Program-made: the position numbers and the translations under genes | Notes under the pieces: generated by a model | Told to the model about the DNA's origin: nothing | Seen by the model: the letters and a program-made list of their open reading frames with translations, nothing else | Databases searched by the model: none | Shown: in pieces, positions 12,401 through 21,836 of the stretch | How the letters are laid out: each line of letters opens with the position of its first letter | Position numbering within the stretch: position 1 is the stretch's first letter | Origin: Yuukianura sp. NJ FZ-2021 | Lineage: Eukaryota | Direction: 5' to 3' | DNA length: 64,000 bases | Assembly: GCA_046563655.1 (NCBI GenBank) | Contig: CM102286.1 | Location: forward strand, 15,252,001-15,316,000

Positions 12401-15400
12401 GTGACAGAATCATAGTCTGGTGCAATGGTTCTTGAGGATTCAGTTTTAGGAAGTTGATGGACGTTGTGGTCTGATTTGTGTGAAGTTGTTGCAGTTGTGG
12501 TCGTGGTTTCAAAGGAAGTGCTTGGAGACACCTCTTCTTTGGCTTCTTCAACTATGGACGAAATTTCTTGCAAATTGGATTCAGCCGATCTTCTCTCCAA
12601 AATGGAATCAGTGGATTTTGTTTCAGTTGATACAAAGTCTGCAGGAGGAGGAACTTGCGCTGCTTGGTTTTCATCCAATGTCTGACCATTCAAGTCGGAA
12701 TCTCTCTTCATTTCTACAGTTTCACCAACCTCTGCTGTTTCTTGGACTAATTTGGAATGTTCTGTTGGTTGAACTGTGACATGTAGCGTAGAATCTGTGA
12801 AATTCTTTGGATTAGCTTCCACTGTCGTCTCCGAAGCACGCCATTACATCAGAAAAAAGACATAAGCAGAAAAGACATAAGCACCAAACACATAAGCACG
12901 AAAGACATAAGCAATGCAAAGACATCAGCACTGCAAACACATCAGCACGAAACACATAAGCAGGAAAGACATAAGCATGTCAAACACATCAGCAACGTAA
13001 ACACATCAGCAGATCACAAATTCCTCCGAAATTAAATTGAACTGCATTGACGTTTTTTTTTTCATTTTTTAGTGAATGTAGTTTATAAATAACGTTAAGG
13101 TTAAGGTTATGGTCATCTTTAAGTAAATACCATTAGTAGGATTAGTAAGTAGATTCTGTTAAAAATCTTTAGGTTAGGTTTGGTAAGGCTATCAATTGGG
13201 AGATTGGGCGAGATTAAGTTGTAACTTACAACTTGTAAGTCATTAGGTTAGGTTTGGTTAGCACATGAAACTGCTCGAAACGCCATAATGCAATTTATTT
13301 TAATTTCGGAGGAATTTGTGATCTGCTGATGTGTTTACGTTGCTGATGTGTTTGACATGCTTATGTCTTTCCTGCTTATGTGTTTCGTGCTGATGTGTTT
13401 GCAGTGCTGATGTCTTTGCATTGCTTATGTCTTTCGTGCTTATGTGTTTGGTGCTTATGTCTTTTCTGCTGATGTCTTTTTTCTGATGTATTGGCATGGA
13501 CCCGTCGTCTCAATTCCAGCACTGGAAGATGGGTCCTTGGATTCTGTGATTGGAGAAACAACTGGTACTGGAGGAGATTCTTCACTTGTGTTGGTGGGAC
13601 TGGCACTTGAAGCAGATTCAGCAGTTGAAGTAGGTGTATTAACTCCAAATCCAGCACATTCCTTAGTTTCCGTTTCTTGAATCGCAGAAAGTCTTGTGGG
13701 TTGAATGGCTTCAGATGTTTGTACATCCACTTTTGCTAAAGCGGCAACTGCGGGGTGCAACTCTTCCTGTCTAGCGTCACTCTCCGCCGAATGATCAACA
13801 TTCTCCAGCTCAGAAAAGTGTTGACTGGAAAAGTCAGTTTCACTTCCAGCAGACACGACTTCTCTCCTGGCGGACAAAGCTCTCTCCCCTTGAATAATTG
13901 AGGACGTTTGGTCATTAAGCTCTTCTTTCCCAGTCACACTTCCTCCTTTGGGTGGCAATGACTCAGAGTCATCCACCTTATCCAAAATGACAACTTGTGG
14001 TTCCTCTGACATTTGAGGTTGTTGACTCCCTTCAACAGTCAAGTCATCCACCACTTGCGACTCGCTTTTCACTGCAGTTGAAGACGTTGAGCGACGACTG
14101 GCACGAGATCGGTTGAATTCGGGCATAACTTCAGCAGAATCTGTGCTTTCATTGGCATACGAAGGACTCTTCTCCCTTGGCATTGACTTTCGCTTTTTCC
14201 TTACTTTCTTGACAGAAACTCTGGAGGAAGAGGAGAGACGCCGCTCTAAAGTCACTTCAAGTTTAGAGACGTCTGGATTGGTAGCTTCGTCAATTCCGTT
14301 GGCCACTTGTGTCTGTGCATTTCTAAGGTAAAGTGTTGAATCTGTTTGAACAGAGTCGTCTGTGATTGGAGTTGGAGCTGGAGTGGCTGTAGATGCATTG
14401 GCAGTTTCCTTCAAAATTGCACCAACTAAAGAATTGGCATAGTCCGCAACAGTGGATTCTTCTGTTGGTGGCAGAGGCGTTAGGAAGGGAGGATGCAGAG
14501 CCACGTCTGGAGAAGACTCAAAGTGGACTGGATGCCCAAGGTCACTTCCACGCAAACTGCTCGTAGTTCCACCTTCGCTCTCAACATTCCTACAAACAAT
14601 CAGTTTCATCAAAATTAATTCATAAATTAATTATAAATTAATAGATTAATAATAAATTAAAATCCAATAAACATAATTAATAATTAGGAATGAATTACCT
14701 TGTAAATCTTCTCTGGAGAGCGACTGAAGAATTGAGAGAGTTGGCAGGGAGTCCCCCATGCATTTGGAGGAATTTGGCCACTGCACTGTTTCCTTTATGC
14801 AATGCTGCGTCGAGGGGAGTCATTGGAATGCCTTTTCCAGTGCGCATGAGTGGATTAACTTCAGCATGGTGATCCAGCAGAATCTAAAACAAACTTGTAG
14901 TTACAAATGAGGAAGGAATTGAAGTTTATGAAGTTAAGATTATTCTGAAGTTCTACCTTGAGCATTTCCATGTTGTTGTGGAGAGCTGCCAAGTGGATGG
15001 GACACCTTCCGTCGTTGTTTCCCGAGTTGACTACATGTTCTCTCTGAGAGACGAGCCAGAGGACGAGATCTTTGCGTTTTGAGATGACAGCTTCATGCAG
15101 AGGCAGATCTCCCCTCACGTTCTTCATCCACAGATTCCCCCCGTGTTTAGCCAGTAGTTTGATCGTCTCCAACTGCCCTTTGCTAGCTCCGCAGTGCGCA
15201 GGAGTCCTTCCTTTCCGATCCTGTCGATTCGGATCTGCTCCAAAGTTCAGCAGAAGCTCAGTACAGTCGGCATGCCCAAGTGTCACGGCGTAGAAAATGG
15301 CTGCACATCCGTTGTTGTCAATCACATCAACTTCTGCTCCACACAACCCAATCAGCGTCTCCAAACAGTCAGTGTGACCTCGACTAGCCGCACAGTGCAG

Positions 15401-17021
15401 AGCTGCAATCATAATCATTCCATTTATCCCAATTCCAATTGATTTATTAAATTAATAGATTAGAGAATTGAACAGACCTGTTAGGCCATCCTTGTCTTCA
15501 GCCTGGACACTCGCGCCTGCATTGACGAGACACAGGATTCCATCAGCACTTCCTAAAAAAAAATTGATTTTCAAAAATTTTGAAAGTAAACAATCGGCAA
15601 CTTTGGAATTGCGGAATTACATCTTCTCATTAGTATTATAATTAATACTATTGAGAAGATGAACGTCCAGAGTTATATTTTTCCATTAGTATTGTAATTA
15701 CAATTTGTAATTGGTAATAATTACCAATTACAGATAGTACATAAATCACACCGTTGAATTTAACCATAAAAGCATAGGGAGAGACTTCCCATGTTTTTAT
15801 GGTTAAATAGAACTGTGTAGAGTAGCCATACAGTTGAATTTAACCATAAAAGCATTGGGAGAGACTTCCAATGTTTTTATGGTTAAACAGAACTGTGTAA
15901 AGTTTCGACACAGTTGAATTTAACCATAAAAGCATTGGGAGAGACTTCCAATGTTTTTATGGTTAAACAGAACTGTGTAGAGTATCCTTACAGTTGAATT
16001 TAACCATAAAAGCATTGGGAGAGACTTCCAATTTATGTAATTTGTGATAGAGATTGTTGTGAAGTACCTTACCTGCACTTGCCGCCCACAGAAGAGGTTG
16101 TCTTCCGTCTCTGTCCTTGACATCCACTGGAACGCCGTGCTGGAGGAGTTTATGCAAAATGGCCAAGGCCCTCTTGGGATTAACTCCGAACACACTTCTG
16201 ACTCTGTCTCCCTCTGCTCGTCTTCCTCCTCCATCACCACACATTTGACTGGCGTAGTGGATGGGATGGGCGTTATGAATGTCTGGAGTGGCTGCTGGAG
16301 CACCGGCAGACAGAAGAATGTCCACAATCTCCACCTCACCACACACTGAAACGAAAAAGAAGAAAGTGACATACAAAGTGACACTACAATCAATTTGAGT
16401 TGATGACTTACCGGTGGCCCAGTGGACGAGGGAGTGTTTCTCATTGTCTAAGCAGTTGACTTGAGCCTTGGCCCCCAGTAGACTCTTCACAATATCTCCG
16501 TGTCCATTGATCACTGCGAGATGCAGAGGAGTGTAGCCCTCTTCATCGCAGGAATTGAGCAGTGTAGGATCAGCAGCCAGGAGGAGATGGAGACACTTCA
16601 CACTGCCCCCTTCACAGCAAAAATGCAACGCCACTTTCCCACTCTTGCTCCTCACCCGAACAGAATCCTTCTAAAAAACAAACAAAAGAACAGCAATATT
16701 GCAAAATGTTGAACAAAAAGTTAAGAGTTTTTAAAAATGGCTGGGAATTACGTTTTTTCTGAGGAGAGCCTTGACATCGTGGATTCTGCTTTGGAGAGCT
16801 GCTAGCATGAGTGCCGTGAGTCCCTCTGCGTTCTGCGGCTGACCTGAAGAAGTGTCTTGTGTGGGTGAGGTCATGGTTTGTGTGTAGTTGAGCTGGAGTG
16901 TGGTTGTGGTCGTCGTGGTTCTGTTGAGAGTGTAGTAGGAAGGGGGGAACTGGATTCGTTTCCTTCTGCTTCCAGTGTCTCTACTTCCGTTTCGGTGGAT
17001 CTCAGTTCCACCTCCAGCCAT
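6472..17021 (-). CDS. Large ankyrin-repeat protein (N-terminal ankyrin array, long Ser/Thr/Glu-rich region, conserved-looking His/Cys C-terminal motif)
   Basis: Ankyrin exons at ~14700-16870 (GYTPLHLAVINGH, TPAHCGASKG, GDLPLHEAV, GRCPIHLAALHN). The long exon 11307-14589 is split by an inserted element. C-terminal exons lie at ~10759-10987 (CTHLTHRCHHASHAYVGIPCAAY), ~6534-6909 and 6472-6502; their splice phases are compatible. Confidence 0.8.
6975..7347. repeat. 80-bp palindromic minisatellite, block 1
   Basis: tttaaccata recurs at 7061, 7141, 7221 and 7301. Each unit has inverted arms TTAACCATAAAA...TTTTATGGTTAA. Confidence 0.9.
7348..8406. mobile_element. Non-autonomous TIR element (MITE) with TTA target-site duplication, PIF/Harbinger-like
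   Basis: Left end CGCCTGCTACGGACTTACTGTGCTGCTGC matches the reverse complement of the right end, CGCTCGGTACGGACTTACCGTGCTGCTGC. TTA lies at 7345-7347 and 8407-8409. Removing the element restores the satellite unit atggTTAaacag. Confidence 0.8.
8407..8600. repeat. 80-bp palindromic minisatellite, block 2
   Basis: Same unit as 6975-7347, about 2.5 copies. Confidence 0.9.
8601..10440 (+). mobile_element. Non-autonomous Helitron with central tandem array
   Basis: Starts with TC at 8601 and ends with CTTG at 10440, after hairpins CTGGGGCGAAGCCCCAG and CAAGTTTTGCGCAGCAAAGCTTG. It sits between host A(8600) and T(10441) with no TSD. Removing it restores the satellite junction gttgaa|tttaacc. Confidence 0.8.
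9045..10068. repeat. 59-bp tandem repeat, ~17 near-identical copies, inside the Helitron
   Basis: Unit ttggaattatgttatttaaaaagagtgattttcctactaaacttttaacgttttggaat with period 59 (e.g. 9091, 9150). Confidence 0.95.
10441..10730. repeat. 80-bp palindromic minisatellite, block 3
   Basis: tttaaccata at 10441, 10521, 10601 and 10681. Confidence 0.9.
12832..13503. mobile_element. 672-bp non-autonomous element with ~200-bp TIRs and an 8-bp TSD, inserted in a coding exon
   Basis: 12832-~13036 is a near-perfect inverted copy of ~13299-13503, built from GACATAAGCA/CACATCAGCA subrepeats. GTCGTCTC flanks both sides (12824-12831 and 13504-13511). Removing the element plus one TSD fuses the two long ORFs in frame (AGIETT-VEANPK). 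Confidence 0.9.
15750..16033. repeat. 80-bp palindromic minisatellite, block 4 (another intron of the same gene)
   Basis: Same unit as 6975-7347, about 3.5 copies. Confidence 0.9.
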
Positions 17022-17899
17022 CAAGGTTCACTCACTCATTCCATCAAATGTCAATCTGCAAGAATAACAAATAATTAATCACAATCCACCCAACGTAGAC
17101 ACGAAACTACGAGAGAAAGTGAATGGCCAAAGTCTGTCAGTTGTTGGGCTTGCTTAATAATTTAGTGAGTTTTGCAGGTGCCTCTGTTGGATCTCAAATT
17201 GTCCAGAAAAACGAAAGTAAGCAAGAAAAAAGTGTACAAAACCCCATTTCTTTCATACTAACTTAAGCCTATTGCCATTTCCAAAGGAGGTCAATAGGCC
17301 AACATTCTACAATATTTTTAAAGTAAAAAGCGCGAATGTTCTACTTTAGGTTCCAAAGTATTCCAATGTTCATGAAACTGCCGATTGTAAATGAATTGTG
17401 CAAAGTTCTGCAATTTGGAAGAGTGAATGATTTGGAATGTTAAGATTGTTTTTTACAGAATGAGTCCTTGATCTCATTGTGCAGAATGAAATGGCAGAGC
17501 GGTAGTTTGCGTGACTACTTCGGTCGTATTTTTGCAAAATTCGTTTTTTTTTTATGGAAGGTAAAGTTGGGGGTATTTAGCTTGGAAAAGGCAAGGATTT
17601 AATGCGCAATTTCGTTTGAGTTCGTTTGAAGGAGAATTTGGAGAGGAAGTAAAAGCGACACCTCCGAATGCTAATCCCCTGGTTGCGTGTCACCGGGGCT
17701 CAATGTCCAGGAATCGATTACTCAGCTCAATCGTTGACCTCGGCCTCTCAGTCAACGGGGGGATTGAAAAGACTTTCTAAGAGCCCGAGCGACAAATACT
17801 AACCACAACTACACAAGGACAATTAACAAAGGAACAAATTGCCTAGTAAAGACTCGGAGTTGCACCAAAGTTTACGTTAAAAGTCTGATGTAACCTACC

Positions 17900-18450
17900 T
17901 GTTCTCTAGCAAAGACTTTATGGTAAAAAGATAAACAGTAGGGATACTTCCAGTGGCCGATTTTTGTTAATTTTGTATACCAGCGTTCTACCAATGACTT
18001 TATGGTGAAAAGATAAACAGTAGGGATACTTCCAGTGGCCGATTTTTGTTAAATTTTGTATATCGGTGTTCTAGCTATGATTTTATGGTGAAAAGATAAA
18101 CAGCAAGGATACTTCCACAGTGGCCGATTTTTGTTAATTTTGTATAGCATCGTTCTACCAATGACTTTATGGTGAAGAGATAAACAGTAGGGATACTTCC
18201 AGTGGCCGATTTTTGTTAATTTTGTATACCAGCGTTCTACCAATGACTTTATGGTGAAAAGATAAACAGTAGGGATACTTCCAGTGGCCGATTTTTTTTA
18301 AATTTTGTATACCAGCGTTCTACCAATGACTTTATGGTGAAAAGATAAACAGTAGGAATACTTCCAGTGGCCGATTTTTGTTAATTTTGTATATCTGTGT
18401 TCTAGCTATGATTTTATGGTTAAAAGACAACAGTGGGATTTCTCCAGTAC
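17900..18450. repeat. ~82-bp minisatellite, ~6 copies
   Basis: Unit tttatggtgaaaagataaacagtagggatacttccagtggccgatttttgttaattttgtatac...; gggatact at 17941, 18023 and onward. Confidence 0.9.
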
Positions 18451-18553
18451 TACTTCTTTTCCTTAAGTTTCTCTCGTCGGATAACGACTTTATAGTGAAA
18501 CCGGGGTTCAGTTAGAGTTAGTTGAATGAAACATTTACCTTACCTAAGGAATA

Positions 18554-19899
18554 GGGTCGGTGCACCTAAGTGTGATCGTTTTTTCTGAGTTTCGACTTTG
18601 AGCACCAAAATCTCTCAATCTAAACGTATTTTGACCAATCCAAAGCATCAGCTCTTAAGTACAACTTGTCCCCAATGAGACAAATTAATTTTTTATTTAA
18701 ATCTTGCTGCCTAACTTTGTTTTAACGAATTTTAAAAAAATTTGAACAGCCGATCACACTTTCCCCAAAATGGGGCAAGTGTGATTTTTTTGTGGGAAAG
18801 TGTGATCTGTTGAAAAGCATTATGTATTCAAGTTTTTTAATTCTACATTAACACAAAACCTTGCAATTCAAACGTTTAAGCATTATCTAGGCTCTATGAT
18901 TCACTGGAAATTCAAGTGTAGAATTGAATATTCCGCATTTCTCGAATCCTTTTTTGATAATGTCCGGAAATACTGCGCTTTATGTTTTCCAGAAGATATT
19001 GGCAAAAACTGACTTTGGTAGTAACGTTGCATAGTTATGTCCTGCCAATTCCGTAAGCATCCTATCCCATTTGCACTTAACACCTCAAAAAACTGTAACG
19101 TCGAGCAGTTGAAGGATAAACAAAGTGTGAGGTAGCAATTTCAAAATTGTAGCTTTGGCAAACTCTCCTTCCTAAGTCCAAATCTCAATTTGTTCATCGT
19201 TTTTAGCATGTCCGAACAGTCCTGTCTCCTGCTCAATTGAATTGTTGCCATTCTGCCTCCTCTACATACGCTTTCGAGTGCTGACTTCCCGCCTTTCCGA
19301 CCTTTCGTTGTCAATAAGAGTGTAGTTCTTGGTAGGCCGAATTGGGACGCGGCTGTAGCAATTGAGAGTCCATTTTGTCCTGCTTCACGTGTCCAGGCGC
19401 TTCCACATCGTCTGTTTGTGTTTTGTACGTAATTTTGTAGAATTTAGTACAGAATCAGATGTTTGTTTTATCAGTTTTCCCTTCTGGTTTCGCTAATCAC
19501 ACTTCCCCCACTTTTTGAAAAATCGGGGGGAAAGTGTGATTCCAGTGTTGCTAAACACTGGACTATCTAATCACTGGAAACTCGACGTACATTGTTTCTT
19601 AACGCTTAGGAGAAGAGAATTGTTGGAACAGCTGATTCCTGACCTCAAGGTTTGACCTTTTAAATTCCAACTCTCTTTGGAAATTGAGAATTAGAAAGAA
19701 AAGTTTAGAGTTGGTCCACAAATAAAACCCACCTTTTCTTATATGCAAATTAGCTGATAAAATCCCGCGAGCACTAAATCTTGTAGCACGTTACCCCCTG
19801 AACAACGTGTACTTTTTAGAATTTTAAAATTCATTACCCCAGTGATGCTATAAGCTGCGATCACAATTGCCCCGCAATCACACTTAGGTGCACTCACCC
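18554..19899 (-). mobile_element. Internally deleted, decayed pogo-family (Tc1/mariner superfamily) DNA transposon
   Basis: TIRs GGGTCGGTGCACCTAAGTGTGAT and GGGTGAGTGCACCTAAGTGTGAT, flanked by TA at 18552-18553 and 19900-19901. Minus-strand remnants are QNGLSIATAASQFGLPRTTL (psq-type HTH, ~19320-19380) and KLLPHTLFILQLLDVTVF*GVKCKW (pogo DDE C-terminal motif, ~19067-19142), with stops and frameshifts. Confidence 0.8.
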
Positions 19900-20114
19900 T
19901 ACGTCAGAAAGAGTGCATGTGTAGATAATCTTCATCAGCGCGTTGCGAAGCTGGGAGTAAATGAGGTCACAGTGTTGACGGCCCGTTTCGGAACAGTATG
20001 GATTTGGAAGTGGGACCTCCAGCGACGAGAATAGGATGTTTGGAACTTGGAAGTCCAGAGAGTGACTGTGACACTGGAGACTGTGGAAGGGAGCAAGTGA
20101 GGTGGAGAGAGAGA

Positions 20115-20128
20115 GTATCCATGGCAAC
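20115..20128. promoter_or_regulatory. RFX X-box-like palindrome upstream of the ankyrin gene
   Basis: GTATCCATGGCAAC matches the consensus GTHNYYATRRNAAC. Confidence 0.4.
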
Positions 20129-21836
20129 AGAACGAAAACACAAGAGATGGTTGGTGACATTGCGTTGGCTGATGCATTGGTGACAGATGACAACTCGCTT
20201 CCACTCCAATCGTTAATCCTGTTCTCAAGTTAAAAATAACAATAAAGTAAATCGTTAATTTTAATCGATGCACAATTATTAAAACAAATTCTGTTCATTT
20301 CCTTCGACAATCACCTGTTTGTTGTTTTGATTTTAACTTTTTGAATATTTGAACTTGAGTTCCCGCCCTTCCTCAACACTACGAGGGCTGTCTAATCCTC
20401 AGAAAAGGCAGACCATCTCCAGTTAGGGTTGACGTACGGCTTAACTCCTCCTATTGTCTCCGCATCTGAAATAATCAATGAAAAACAATGTAACAATGCA
20501 ACTTATTTATGAAATTAAAAGTGTTACTGCTGAGTCTAACCTTTGTGTTGCCTTACTAAAAGCAAAAAACCGAATTTTCTTTTAAAAATAGAGATCTTAC
20601 GATTGTTGCTTTCGTTCACCGCAGATTCAATCGGATTTCCCGTATCACCTACGAATTGTCTCCATTGGAACGAATTTCCTAGTCGTCGGCACTTCCTACA
20701 AAGCTCACTTTTGAAGAAATGAAGAAGAAATTGAAGCCAACTTGAAAGTTTATTTAGTCAGCAGTCATTTAAAATTGAACAAGAAGAATAGACAAGAGTT
20801 TGAAGTTAATTAACGAAAGAGGCCTTCATCTCAACCATCCCCCGCTTCCCTGCTGGGGTTGACCCTTGACCTCCCCAGTTGGCTACTTACTTAGTTCCTG
20901 ACCAGAGTAACTACGTACATTGAGTAACAAGGAAACAAAGAAACCCAAACATGTAACTAAACAACATGCATCATCCAAAGAAGTTCAAAGTGGGGACAGC
21001 GTGAAACAAAGGTTGTGGTGGGACTAAATTAACTTAAATGTAACCATTCCCTCCAATGATGGACGAAAGCACCAATACAATGTTTCCTTAAGCACACCAA
21101 AAACAAAACTACACTAAACAAAGTTAATCCATGACTAAATTAAAACAACTAAAGTATCCCTCGTAAAGCTTTGTCCATGACTATGCTAAGTTTGACTCTT
21201 GACCTCTCACTCCGCTTGCCCTCCTCAAATGAACGTGATTGTACTTAACTCTTAATCTGCCCATGCTCTTAACTAAGTTACAAGTAGTCATAAAATTAAA
21301 CCGGCATTTGTTAAAGTTAGGAAGTTCCAAAATACACCCTCTCAAATTAACCCTCTTCTCCACACTTTCAATCCACTTTTCATAAATATTCTGTTTGATT
21401 TTGACGTCAATGCAAAAGTAAAACTCTTCTCGACGTTTAGCCTAAATACTGATTGCACTTGTGGGACAGTCAATTTACGTGCTTTGAAAAAAGAGCTCAG
21501 AGCTCTGGCTGGACCACTGATTACGAATTGTTTTTGAAAAGAGGCCCCTTACAAAATGAAGCCTTGATTCTAAAGTTTGCACTGGTTTTGTTTACCCCTC
21601 CTCCCCCCATGGGAAAGTGCCCACTAGGCTACCCAACGAAAGGTACGTATCACACTAGACTTTAACTTGCTCAAAACACAAGAAACTAGATTTGTTAGGT
21701 TTGGGTTAAAACTAGAACTTAACACTAAGTGACCCTCACTTCCAACCACTGTCTCCCTCCGCCAGAGGGAATCACAAGTGACACTTACGTGGGAGCGTGG
21801 ATGTTGGTCCTTTGGTGGTGCGCAGAAGAGTTGTGA

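Noticed and set aside
13300..13497. KDIS/KHIS repeat ORF
   Set aside because: Translation of the TIR subrepeats of the inserted element.
20392..20465. Possible third, zinc-finger-less terminal exon of fru (phase-1 acceptor, DAETIGGVKPYVNPNWRWSAFSED*)
   Set aside because: Short and without a recognisable motif. It could equally be a 5' UTR exon of the ankyrin gene and cannot be resolved without transcripts.
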